Assembly: GCA_051362555.1 (NCBI GenBank)
Contig: CM120643.1
Coordinates: forward strand, 4,526,001-4,590,000
Length of the DNA: 64,000 nt
Source of the DNA: Lingula anatina
Lineage: Eukaryota > Animalia > Brachiopoda
Reading direction: 5' to 3'
Shown here: in pieces, positions 37,541-50,400 of the stretch
Position numbering within the stretch: the stretch's first letter is position 1
How the letters are laid out: each line of letters begins with the position of its first letter
Notes under the pieces: model-generated
What the model was told of the DNA's origin: nothing
Database searches by the model: none
The model's input: only the letters and a program-made list of their open reading frames with translations
Translations under genes and position numbers: made by a program

Positions 37541-40500
37541 ATTTTTATGTACAGACACAGATGTGTCTGTACATATTGCCACCACCTGCGTCTGTTGTCG
37601 CCGGTGCCGTCGCTGTGCACTTTCAGCGTAAACACGATAAGTGGAAGACAGTTTTACTTTTTGGCTTTATATTTACAAAGCTGATGAATATAGGTCAAGT
37701 TCAAAAATCAGCATGATCGGGCCATTATTGTAGAAGTTATGCTGTTTTTTTCACTTTTCAGCATATATGCAGCACTGTAAACACATTTCAAGGAAAACCG
37801 ATAGGCTTGTTGTCATGAAACTCACAGGAGTAATCAATCGTACTAAAATGCAGGTCAAGTTTGAAAATCGGCATGATCGGGCCACTATTTTAGTAGTTAT
37901 GCTGTTTATTCACTTTTTTCACTTTTCAGCATATATGCAGCACTGTAAACACAATATAAGAAAAACAGATAAGCCAATTGTCATGAAACTCACAGGAGTG
38001 GCCAATCTTACTAAAACGCAGGTTGAATTCGAAAACCAGCATAATCGGGCCATTATTTTAGAAGTTATGCTGTTTTTTCACAATTCCTCAGATTCAATTC
38101 TTAGGCATGTTAACAGTCTTATTGTTTTACTAATAAGATGCATAAAAGTGTTTGTTTGACATTTCCTGCATCTTTACAACATTGTTAGTTGATTATGTAA
38201 AAATGATGGTAAACTTGTTATCATGTATTGTGTAATAAAGTGTCAAAAATGGAAATAAACTCATATCATTGCAGTTTGTCAGATTCAATCATTCACTATG
38301 TTCAGAATCTCAGAATGGAGGAAATTGGACATTTAACGCTATTGATATTTTTCCCATCTCATCAATTTCCTTAGTTGATCATGTAAAAATTGCAGTAAAC
38401 TGTTTATTTTGTTTTATGTTTAAAAAAGTGTTAAAAATGGAAATAAACCCATGTCAGAACAGTGCTGTCTTGTTTCACATTTCCTCAGATTAAATTCTTA
38501 GGCATGTTAACAGTTTCAATTTTTAATTAATAAGATACGTAAAAGTGTTTGTTTGGCATTTCCTGCATCTTTACAACATCATTACTTGATTATGTAAAAA
38601 TGATGGTAAACTTGTTATCGTATATTGTGTAATAAAGTGTCAAAAATGGAAATAAACTCATATCATTGCAGTTTGTCAGATTCAATCATTCACTAAGTTC
38701 AGAATCTCAGAATGGAGGAAATTGGACATTTAACACTGCTGTATTGATATTTTTCCCATCTCATCAATTTTCTTAGTTGATAAAAATGGCAGTAAACTGT
38801 TAATTTTTTTTTTATGTTAAAAAAAATTGTTAAAAATGAAAAAAAAAAAAAACATTTCAGAACAGTGCTCTATTTGTTTACATTTTGGCATTTTCAAGTT
38901 GTGACTTTGAAGTTCCATGGGCCTGAAGACATTTGCTAGTCACATTTTCTGAATATCCATGATACTAGTATTTTATTATTAAAAATTGATGGTCATTATG
39001 CTGTTATGTAATATTGCATCAAAATTTGAAGAAAAACTATTTTGGGCACTGCTCCCATGATGACCATTTAAGGAAAACCATGTCACTTACTGTTCTCAAA
39101 CAGTACAGTAAATAAGTACAGATGTGTCTGTACATGTACATATTGCCATCACCTGCGTCTGTCGTCGCCGTCACTGGTGCTGGCGCCGTGCACTTTCATT
39201 GTAAACACGATAAGTGGAAGGCAGTTTTACTTTTTGGCTGTATATTTACAGAGCTGATGAATATTCATAAAATGCAGGTCAAGTTCGAAAATCAGCATGA
39301 TCGGGCCATTATTGTAGAAGTTATGCTGTTTTTTCACTTTTCAGCATATATGCAACACTGTAAACACATTTCAAGGAAAACCGATAAGCCTTTTGTCATG
39401 AAACTCACAGGAGTAATCGATCTTACTATAACACAGGTCAAGTTTGAAAATCGGCATGATCGGGCCTCTATTTTAGTAGTTATGCTGTTTTTTCATGTTT
39501 CAGCATATATGCAACACTGTAAACACAATATAAGAAAAACAGATAGACCAATTGTCATTAAACTCACAGGAGTGGTCATTCCTGCTAAAACGCAGGTTGA
39601 GTTAAAAAAATCTGCATAATCGGGCCATGATTTTAAAGAAATGCCGTTTTTTCACATTTCCTCAGATTAAATTCTTAGGCATGTTAACAGTTTCAATTTT
39701 TAATTAATAAGATACGTAAAAGTGTTTGTTTGGCATTTCCTGCATCTTTACAACATCATTACTTGATTATGTAAAAATGATGGTAAACTTGTTATCGTGT
39801 ATTGTGTAATAAAGTGTCAAAAATGGAAATAAACTCATATCATTGCAGTTTGTCAGATTCAATCATTCACTATGTTCAGAATCTCAGAATGGAAGAAATT
39901 GGACATTTAACACTGCTCTATTGATATTTTTCCCATCTCATCAATTTTCTTAGTTGATCGTATAAAAATGGCAGTAACCTGTAAATTTTGTTTTATGTTA
40001 AAAAAATTGTTAAAAATGAAAAAAAAAAAAAAAACATTTCAGAACAGTGCTCTATTTGTTTACATTTTGGCATTTTCAAGTTGTGACTTTGAAGTTCCAT
40101 GGGCCTGAAGACCTTTGCTAGTCACATTTTCTGAATATCCATGATACTAATATTTTATTATTAAAATTGATGGTCATTATGCTGTTATGTAATATTGCAT
40201 CAAAATTTCAAAAAAAAAACTATTTTTGGCACTGCTCCCATGATGACCATTTAAGAAAAACCATGTCAGTTACTGTTCTCAAACTTACAGGAAAGAAACA
40301 TGGGACTAAAATACAGCCTCAGTAGGCAATGCAGTCTGTTTGGTAATTCTTACTGCCAGTTAAACGTTTTCACATATTGGCATTTTCAAGGTGTGACTTT
40401 GAAGTTCCACAGGCTTGAAGACCCATGCTAGTCACATTTTCTGAAAAAATCATGATACGTATATTTTATTATTAAAAATTGATGGTCATTATGCTGTTAA

Positions 40501-42437
40501 CCATTATGTAATATGGCACCAGAATAGAAGAAAACACAATTTTGGGTGCTGCTGCCATGATGACCATTATGGGAAAACCATGTTACTTATGATTGCCAAA
40601 CTTTCAAAAAAAGAAATACAGGACTAAAATGCAGCCTGAGTTGGAAAAGCAGTCTCATTGGCTTCTTTTTCTGGAAGTTATACATTTTCAAAGTGTGAAC
40701 TTGTTACACATTTTACTTACATTGGTATTACCTGTTGAGCATAATTAAAATTTGATGTTGAATTTGCAGTTTAACATAATGTACTTTTGCATTAGAATTG
40801 ACAGTAGCCTATTTTGTGCATAGTTATTAGTACCACCAGCGTGTACGCTGGCGGTACTCATGGTTTTAGTCCCGACCCGTCTCGTACAGCTCCGCCGGCT
40901 CCGCCGGCTCCTGCGGCTCCTGCGGCTCCACAGGATGACGTGGGATACGAGTCACCGTTACCGCTTCTCCTCCTAGACTGCAAAGACCTGTGTCCCCATC
41001 TCTTGGATTTAGGTCACATATAATCTCAACTTGAACACCCTGTTTTTTTTATCTCTGTCGGTGCATTGGCCTGGGCGTGACGCTCTTTGAAATGCACCCT
41101 TGTCAAAAATTTTGAAAATTCAATGTTAAATATCTCCCAAACCGATGGAATTATGGGAAAAATTACTACAGATGGCTGACCAAAAGTCATATGTGAGGAT
41201 TTCAAATATGCCCTTGGATTTGACCATTGACCTTTATTTCAAGGTCAAACAGGCCAAAATTTTCTAAAAATGGGAATTTTTTGCTAGAAAAATTTTATTT
41301 CAGCCGATATTTAGAAACGAAACATATCTTACCTATAATATTATGAGCAGGTGTTACCCTTAGGGTCATCTTTCATTTTCGTGAGTTTGGGGTCAATCGG
41401 TGCATTTTCATGGTAGTAGCGGCCATTAGATGCTGAAACTGAAAATTCTCTCTAATTCTGGAACCGTTAATGCTAGAGACCTCTTGTTTTTTGCATTTTG
41501 TAGAACTTGTCAAGGGCAACACTGGGGGTGGTGTCCATTTTTTTTGTTTTTGATACGGCTTAGGCATTGCACTATATCAAAAAGTTCAATATCCAAAATT
41601 CATTGGTGAAAATAAAATGTGAATTACTCAAAAATTAGCAGAGATAAGCCCTTAGTTACTATTGAACTTGAATAGGAAGTCATATACTGATAATCTAACT
41701 GTGACCTTGAAATTGACCTTTGACCTACTTTTCACCATGAACTGAACTTTGCAAAAATTATCTCCCTTATATCTCGAAAACTGGCAGAGATATACCCATA
41801 GTTACTATTGAACCTGAACAGGAAGTCATATGCTGGCAATCTAACTGTGACCTTGAAATTGACCTTTGACCTACTTTTTATGATGAACTGTACTTTGCAT
41901 GTTTTCTGGCCTCTTTATCTCCAAAATTAGCAAGGAGATACCCATAGTTACTATTTAACTTGAATAGGAAATCATAGACCATGAACTGACCTTTGCATAT
42001 TTTCTTGCCCCTCATATCTTCAAAACTAGCAGAGATATGCTCAGTGTTGCCCTTAGGTTTTCTCTTTTGTCAGCATATATGCAACACTGATAACACATTT
42101 CAAGGAAAACCAATAGGCCTATTGTCTAGAAAATCACAGGAGTGATCAATGTTAGGAAAATACAGGCCAATTGGAAAATCTGCTTGATTGGACCATTTTT
42201 ATGTTATGTTTTTTCTTCTTTTTTTTTTTGCATATTTTGAAAATTCTTGTTTATTGCATAGAGCTTGTCAAGGACAAGACTGGTTGTGGTGTCCCTTTTT
42301 TTTTGGGGGGGGGGGGTGGTTCCATTCGTATGCGCTTACTCCAGCTGGTGGTACAATATCCGGAGGCGGTATCGCCTCTCTGATCCTCTAGTTTCCTGTT
42401 TTTTTTGTCTGTACATTTGACAGCTTTGCTGCCTTGT
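37541..42437 (+). mobile_element. HINE family A composite copy with internal tandem duplication and a nested family B element
   Basis: 5' perfect hairpin GTACAGACAC-AGAT-GTGTCTGTAC followed by a GTC/GCC microsatellite-like stretch and ~150-bp internal tandem repeats. A second 5' end lies at ~39117; 38470-39100 is nearly identical to 39650-40280. 3' end GTCTGTACATTTGACAGCTTTGCTGCC. Confidence 0.75.
40824..42393 (+). mobile_element. HINE family B, complete
   Basis: 5' palindrome AGTACCACCAGCGT-GT-ACGCTGGCGGTACT, (GCTCCKSCG)n microsatellite, ~140-bp internal repeats at 41640-42040, and 3' subTIR CTGGTGGTAC + GAGGCG-GTAT-CGCCTC hairpin + CTAGTTT. This is the canonical HINE/DINE-1 architecture. 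Confidence 0.85.
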
Positions 42438-42876
42438 TTTTTTTAATAATCACATTGCAAAATTATTAACATTTAACTATTTTAAGCCATGGAATTTGCA
42501 GTGTAATTTTTTAGTTTTTTTAAAGATATTATACACAGTCAAGTGATCAGCTTATCACAGATTTTTATTGTTGTTAAGCATCATTTGTACAAATTATAGA
42601 AATATTGGACAAGATTTGACAAAATTATTAACGTTTTACTATTTTAAAGTCCTGGGTTTTGTCAGTCTTCAATGTAAATTTCAGTTTTCCCAAATATATT
42701 GTACCAAAAAACTCTTTTCATTAGATACAGACAACTGAATTTAATCTTATCACAGATTTTTATTGTTATTAAGCATCATTTGTACAAATTTCAGAAATAA
42801 GTGGCTTATATTCACTTGAAACCTTATAGAGAAGGTTAGTTGCTCATTCCATGCTAATCTATTTGTTTCTTTTCAG

Positions 42877-43409
42877 ACCAGGCCCCAGCTGACCAAGAAG
42901 ACCCACTGAGGACTGAGGACCCATGAGTGAGGGCAAAGGACTCATCAGGACTGGGACCCAGGAGTGAGGGCAGAGGACCCATTGAAAACTGAGGACCCAG
43001 GAGTGAGGGCAAAGGACTCATTAGGACTGAGGACCCAGGAGTGAGGGCAAAGGACTCATCAGGACTGAGGACCCAGGAGTGAGGGCAGAGGACCCATTGA
43101 AAACTGAGGACCCATGAGTGAGGGCAAAGGACTCATTAGGACTGAGGACCCAGGAGTGAGGGCAGAGGACTCATTAGGACTGAGGACCCAGGAGTGAAGG
43201 CAGAAGACTCATTGAAAACTGAGGACCCAGGAGTGAAGGCAGAGGACCCATTGAAAACTGAGGACCCAGGAGTGAGGGCAAAGGACTCATTAGGACTGAG
43301 GACCCATGAGTGAGGGCAGAGGACCCATTGAAAACTGAGGACCCAGGAGTGAAGGCAAAGGACTCATTGAAAACTGAGGACCCAGGAGTGAGGGCAGAGG
43401 ACCCATCAG
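42877..43409 (+). pseudogene. Repeat-expanded exon remnant (38/39-bp units x ~13; consensus peptide DPLKTEDPGVRAE)
   Basis: Acceptor TTTCTTTTCAG| at 42876 and donor CAG|GTTGTT at 43409, both phase 1. The array has TGA variants and 38-bp frameshifting units. Confidence 0.6.
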
Positions 43410-43981
43410 GTTGTTTAAGTACTTTTTCAGTTTTTTTTTTGATGTCAAATTTTTTATAGATGATAGACCCAGAATGAACTGATTTTAGATCCGTGAGTAT
43501 TTTGAAACTATTAATGTCTATGATAGATGCTACGTGAATGTCTCTACAACTGATGAATGACCACTTCTGACTCTTTTTTGACAATGACAATGACTGTGGA
43601 TAATTAAAGGGATATGTCATAACACAATTACTTTCATACCTATATAATGCTGAAATAAGGCGATGTCCATTATTAAGCACTGTGCAACAACTAAACAAGA
43701 TAGCTTTAAATACTTGTTAGGTGTATTGTATTGAATTTGGACACTAGCCCACATAATAGTTATAACTCCCTAGGAGTACTTCATACATGTTTACTTGTAG
43801 CATGGGATATGGGGGACCCCCCCCCCCCCCAAAAAAAAAATCAATATGTATACCTGGATCCCTCATTTTTTTATCTATGCCATATTACACAATTTTCTTT
43901 CTTTTTAGACCATCACATTTTTTCCAAAACAGAAGCCCCTAGGAGAAAACGGTTGTTGTTTGGTATACTAATATTTTCCAG

Positions 43982-44041
43982 CTGAGACCCGAGCTGACCA
44001 GGACCCATTGAGGAATGAGAACCAAGGAGAGGACACAGAAG
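43982..44041 (+). pseudogene. 60-bp symmetric phase-1 exon remnant (ETRADQDPLRNENQGEDTE)
   Basis: TTTTCCAG| ... GAAG|GTTTGT; peptide is homologous to the unit of the 42877 array. Confidence 0.55.
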
Positions 44042-44335
44042 GTTTGTAAAAAGGCACCTAATGTGATTTATGAGCAGTGGCAAAAAGGTCCCAAAACATT
44101 GAAACCAATTTTTTCTATGAAATTGCAATGTTGCTGGACTTGTTGAGCACTTGGTTGAATTGACTGAAATCTTTCCTGAATGAGTTAAGTATCAGGTTAA
44201 CACTTTAATATTATTGGCAAAACAAGTTAAATACCCCTCTCTTTTGTTAATGTACTGTAAATGAATTGAGCTACTTGCATTATTCAATATTTTTTGGGAT
44301 GGCTCATATTTTAATGTTTTGCTTTCCATTTGTAG

Positions 44336-45160
44336 ATAGGACTGAGGAAGAGGATTGTAAGGCCCTTAATGGTGAGGGCTGAGTAGTATGAAAAGAAAAG
44401 GTAAGGTCCCTTCCTTGTCACTTAAATGGAGAAAAAACCTTTCATGCAGTAGGTATGACATTTCTTCTAAAACAATATTAAGTCAAAGACATGCCTGGTT
44501 GACTAGAGATGAAATGGACTTAGCTCATGAAATTTAATCAGATATGTTCCCAAAGGTAGAGGGCTTTCATGGTACTTGTGCCCTAGAGTTTGTTAAAAAT
44601 GGTCATTTCCTATCCACCCCCACTTCTTCATTTGTGCAGGTAGTTAATCTGAACTCCCATTGGCTTACTCTTTCCAACATTAATAGCAATATTAGCAATA
44701 GTGTTCAAATTCCAGACTTAGCCCCAGATTGAAGGGTAAGATTGTTTAGATCATTGCTTCATTGCTATTTCATTGCCAAGGAAATTGTTTTGGAGCATAT
44801 AGACGTTCAGGAGCAAACTGGCAGAAATGACATGTGCTTTGGGACAAGACCCGAGGACTTCATTTGGGAGCAAAGGGTGATGAGGGAACATCTCAGCAAG
44901 TGTTTTGAAAGGGGAAGACTGGAAATGTCCCCATATAGATAAGAGAACCGGCACCATACATAACCAAAATTGTATAAATTTCAAATATATTGTCATTGTA
45001 GGCAGGTCTACGACAGACACCAACTGGATTGAATGTGAAGACTGCCTGCAATGGTTCCATGTCAAGTGTGAAGGGATCCAGTCATCTGCCCTGGAGAATC
45101 TACAACACACATTGACAGTGTTGCAACTGCTCTTAGGGTGGTATTCAATAGAGCTGTAAT
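44336..45160 (+). pseudogene. Ulp1/SENP-like (C48) protease plus PHD finger pseudogene, likely DNA-transposon-associated
   Basis: Across stops and frameshifts: AWLTRDEMD...FPKVEGF...FVQVVNLNSHWLTLSN...VQEQTGRND[deletion]...EQRVMREHLSKCFE, then YCHCRQ...WIECEDCLQWFHVKCEGI (PHD C4HC3 core). The catalytic-Cys segment after GRND appears deleted. Confidence 0.75.
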
Positions 45161-47180
45161 CTGTCAGATAGACACATCGTACTAGTTGGGGGAGCTTCTT
45201 GCTAAGTGTGATCATTGCAATTAGCTTAAATGGCCGAGTTACTGAGGAGAAGGTTTGCATGTTGGGCTTGCATGTTCAGTTTCTACTTAATATGCTATTT
45301 CTTAAGTTATTTTGCTCATTATAGATTACAGGGTAGATAATAACATTCAGCAATATATGGCTTCATACAAGTCTGTTTTATAAAACAATTAAAAGATGAC
45401 CCATGTAATCCTTTCATAAATTTATTATGACATTATTGAGAATATTTGTTCAAAAGTGTGATCAGAATAGTGATGACAGCAGCTGCAGAATTGTAATTTC
45501 TGACACTGAAAGCATAGATCAGAAGTAGAATGTAACTTGGAGACTCTGACAGTGAAAGAGCTTAAAACCAAAGTGACTTATTTTCACTGGAAACCATACA
45601 GAGAATGTTTGTTACTTATTTCATCTATGCGTGATTCTAGCATCAAAGGGAAAGGCTAGGCTAAGTTTACTGATGTAGTTAAAGTAAGGCTACAATCCTG
45701 CTTGCATGATTGTATACTGTAGCAATAGAATTTATGAATAGAATACCTTTTTCTAAGTCATATGGTAACTAATTGTTAATTGCTTCTTAGTATACTGAAG
45801 ATATTAGCTGAATAGTTTCATGTTAAGATATTGTATGTAGGTTTTACTGTACATTACTTGGTAATGGTAATACAACAAATGGGGTGTTAAAGAATTTACA
45901 CCCTGTCTCCTAACATAATTTTTGTAGTGTTCCAACAACAACCAATTGTTTTGTCCTTTTCAGGCATTTAAAAAACACCATGACCAAGCCAACGTGATTT
46001 TTTTGTTTAGATTTTTGAGGTTTTAAATGGCCATGACCATTCTTATATGTGATTTAGAGATTTTATTTGTGTCTGATTGTAGCTTTAAATTTGTTTCTGA
46101 AAATTTAGGTATTACTTTTGCCTCGTAAGCAATGTTAAAATAGTGTTATAGGTCCAACACAGTTGGCTCCAACTCTTATTATTACAGGAATCATGTAGAT
46201 GTATTGATATGTGGATTATAATAATTGTATGTCTAGTGTGAAAAATATTTTAGTTTAACTTACACTATTTTACTTAGAACTAATAACCACAGTAATTATT
46301 TTTTACTTGAAACATTAGTTCATTGTGAAGTGTTAAAGTCAAACTATCTGGGATTTAACATGCATAGATTCTCTTTGTAAGATGTCATCTGAACAGTAAA
46401 ATATGTGTGTTCAGCCATTTGCAATGTGGTTCCAGTCTCTACTTTATATCTGTTCAACAAGAGGTCTATCATATACTTCAATTGGCTGATCTGTATATTT
46501 ATGACCTTGATGAAGTGTAAATGTCAAAAGGAATTTATTTATGGAATGGATTTGAATAATCTCTTTATTAATCATACCAATGCAAAAGATATTGTAGAAA
46601 ATGTGTTTGAGGTGTTGGATATAAACTATAAACCACTGCTGTTCGGAAATCTTTTGAGACTGATCACTCTGTACCAAGGACAGCATAAACAGAGACTGAA
46701 TACAACAAACCATTAGTATCAAACCAAAGGACTGAAACATTTCCCTTGATCTTGCTTTACACTAGCTGGTGGTAAAGGCAATAGGTGTTTTCAAATTTGT
46801 TTGATATTAATTGGATGTCTGTTTGTGCCCTTAGATTACTGTATTCAATTTACCTGTATATTGCATATAGTTCATTCCTGAACAACTAATTCTAATGTAT
46901 AGACATTGTTTGTATTTGTACCTAGCAAAAAAAAATTTGTTTCACAATAAATCATTGTAAACCAACCATTTTTTCAATCTTGATATTATTATTATTATTA
47001 TTATTATTATTTTATTTTATTTTATTATTATTTTTTGTTTTACATTATAGTGACAATGCATGTAGAGTACCCGGTACTTGATAATTGTAGCATTAATAGG
47101 GACGTGACAATAAATTATAAGCATATTTTACATATAAATCAACTAAGATCTACCATGACATCCAATACATAGATAAGTAA

Positions 47181-47435
47181 CCCTTAACAAAATTGAAAAG
47201 TGTGCATCACATGTGCTGCAAATTTACTGCACATGTACAGCACACTCTAGAATGTGCAGTAGACGGCTTTGAAAAGCGTGCAGAAGTGTGCAGTAAAAAT
47301 CTTGCTGAGCACCTACTGCACACTTCCAGAAGTACAAACAGTGTGCAGAAAGTGTGCAAGAAACTTGGTATTTCAATAGAAGCATGAGGACAGTGTGCAG
47401 TAAACTTAAACTTTGATCAGGACTTTGCCACAGGA
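47181..47435. mobile_element. Possible CMC/EnSpm-like non-autonomous element end
   Basis: CCCTTAACAAAA start followed by many direct and inverted copies of CTGCACA/TGTGCAG (subterminal-repeat style). Confidence 0.35.
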
Positions 47436-50400
47436 AACTTCAAAATTTTATTATAAGCTGTGAATTTTGAGTGCACAGCAAACTTGATTTCTTTGGGATT
47501 ATGCTATTTTAGTGTGTAAAAAACTCATTTAAAAAGTGTTTAATAGGTACCGATACAAGATACAAGTACTGCCATTGACAATTACACAAACAAAATACTT
47601 CAATACACATTTTACTTTTATAACCATCAATTAGAAAGAATCAATGTTTTAATAGAATTTTATTGTTATATGAGCTATAATTATGTCACAGGCCAGATAG
47701 CAATCCAGCCAGATTTCAAATCAGCCTAGGTCAAATTAAAATTATTCAAATTTGGACATATGCAGTTTTAGCTTTTGCTTTGAAAACAAACTGCCAATTA
47801 GTCCAACAAACAAATCGATAACATTACGAAAAAAGTTATAAAGTGTATTTTTTTCTAACAAACAATGGTGTTTACCTCACTCAAAGTGAGAAAAAGTCAA
47901 GGGCAATATAAGTTTAACAACATCTAATAAAAAAAAATGACTAATGAACCCTTTAAATTCATTCACTTAATCATACCTTATGCACTAAAATTTAAGATTA
48001 TTTTCAGGATGTATCAAAGACAGTCATGAAATCTAGGATTATGGTAAATTAAACATGGATCCTACTAGTATAATGTTGACTTTGCTAGTTAATTATCTCC
48101 AAAGATAAAAACGTAATATATAATGTACTTTTTACTATTTTTATGATGATATTCACTTCATATTTCTACTAATACATTGAAAGGTCAACCTTATCTAGTC
48201 AAATTTTTTCTAGACTTGTCAAATTATTGCCAATAAACTCGACCAAATACCACCATTTAAGTATAAATTCAAGAAACAACTCGGGTTTCGGAATTAGAGG
48301 AACGGATAAGTGTATCAAGCTTGCGCCCAGAAATGTAATAAAGGTGCAGATTTAAAGCTTTTTTCCGGCTGATCGAGTGATTTATTTCATTTTGGGTTCT
48401 TTTGTTTCAGTTGTGTAAGAAGCTGGTTGTAGTAATTTGTATGCGTTACAGGGAATGTACAGAGCGACTTTCTCGCTTGTATGCATCTTGAAAAGAAAAA
48501 ACAAAACACTATTTTTCTGACAAGTCTCTGTTGGAGAACTTCTGTTAACAACTTTTCGGGTGTCCATTCTAAAATATCAAACCACTAATTTGGAGGAGAA
48601 ACAGGAAGAACTCCTCCTTATATAGAAAGGTAAAAATGCAGTCAATGAAATTTTGGCGTAAGACATTGTCGTGTCCGACATAAAGATCAAAAAGATATTT
48701 AATGAGGTCACATGATGTAACGTGTAAATACCGGTAGTTCTCAAGTAATGTGGCCGCCTCTTTGTATACCGCCAAGGTAAAGAAATTAATTATACAATTA
48801 TAAGTTATTACAGTTTGCGTGGATCTACATAACATAAGAAACTAATATATAAGCAATCGGAATTGATAGGGGGGAGGAAAGAGAGAAAGAAGGAGAAGGA
48901 GATTGGGAGAGACGGGGCAGACTTGGATTCGAGAGTTAGCAGTTGGAGACTTCGCTTATAATATGAAGATACCGAGCGTCGACAAATAAATCATTTAACT
49001 GGTCATTATGTGGACTTGGGTTTTCTTTGGGCGACCTTACGTAAATCTGACACGAACCGTGGAATCTTTAGACTGCGTTATCCGCTAAGTGAGTCGAAAA
49101 CATGTCCTATTTCGAGCCCACGTTTGAATTAAGCGTAAAAATGTTAAGTTTAGGACATGCATTCCATATGCATGAAAAGGCTCATTACAATATTGATTGA
49201 CAGGAATTTTCTTAAATATGCGTATCTATATACATGTAGATGAATTAAACATTAGAAATTACTTACAATTCAAAGCAAACATAACCTGAAATCATGAAGC
49301 TCTAATTTGAAAGGGAGTTGGACATTTATCGTGAAAACAGATATCACCTAAAAGTTTCAGGAACGCGTTAGTAGCGGTTTTAAACAAAACTGGCATGGTG
49401 AACTTGAGGAGGTGAACTCTGAGCTAAGAACCTATAATTTATTCGTTTGCATAACTCAGTTAAACTGATTCTTTATAAACGTTTTCTTATGAAGCACATT
49501 TGGGTCCATATGTACTGCTGCATAAAAATAAAAATGTTAGATATACATGTACAAACCTAAGTCGGCACAACTTTAGTATTAAATATTTACAGTGCTAGAG
49601 CAATAGGCGACATCATGTTTTAATTGTGATGCTTTAATAATAATAACCTCATTCATTTGGGTTGAAAGTCTATGGACAAAACAAAATGGGTTGTTTGTGC
49701 AATAATCTAATGGTAATGTTTTAGATTGTGTTAAGCCGCATCGTGTCTTCTCTAACACAATCCCACGACAGTGCTATTATTATGTAAACCAGGTGAGCAT
49801 TTTGGTGAGAGGTATTCAGATAGGACCAAGGTCAGTAGGAAGAGGAAGAAGTCTCATATACCATATTACCAAACTTTCCACACGTAGGCTGAAATTTTGG
49901 CACTGAGAACTGCTGTAGTTTGCTGTAAGTACTGTATAGATGATATAAGGCAACACTGATCATTTTATGATGACGATATTTTATCAAAAAGTATGCGTTT
50001 CCCACTTCAGGCGTAAGTACTCTTGGGTATATTTTACTGACTTGAATGCTGAAATGAGCTTGAAAATTTTATTAACTTTTTGCGTTGCTTCTTCCAGAAG
50101 GAAAGTATTTGCTCATAAAGAAGTGAGAAGATTATTCCAGCCGTCCAAAGGTCTGAACGCGTTATTCCGTCTTAAACAAAACAAGACGACAAAGCAGGTA
50201 ACTACCGGTAAATTCTCATCTCCCAATGAGTGCACTTTTTATCTTACGACAGCGGCTTGTACACATACATCCTGTTAATTAAAGTTAACTGTTAACAAAC
50301 AAGTGGTTTTCTAGAGAACTAGTATATTTGCTAGGCACTGTCGACCTCCCTTGCCTTCAATTTTTTTCCTGATTTCAATTTCAATTACACACCGTCCTTG

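Noticed and set aside
37462-39619. 84-165-aa ORFs with repeated MQHCKH...KFENRHDRA
   Set aside because: They are translations of HINE internal tandem repeats; frames are not conserved among copies.
43174-43698. 174-aa minus-strand ORF
   Set aside because: Antisense to the repeat exon; splice signals and homologous exons are on the + strand.
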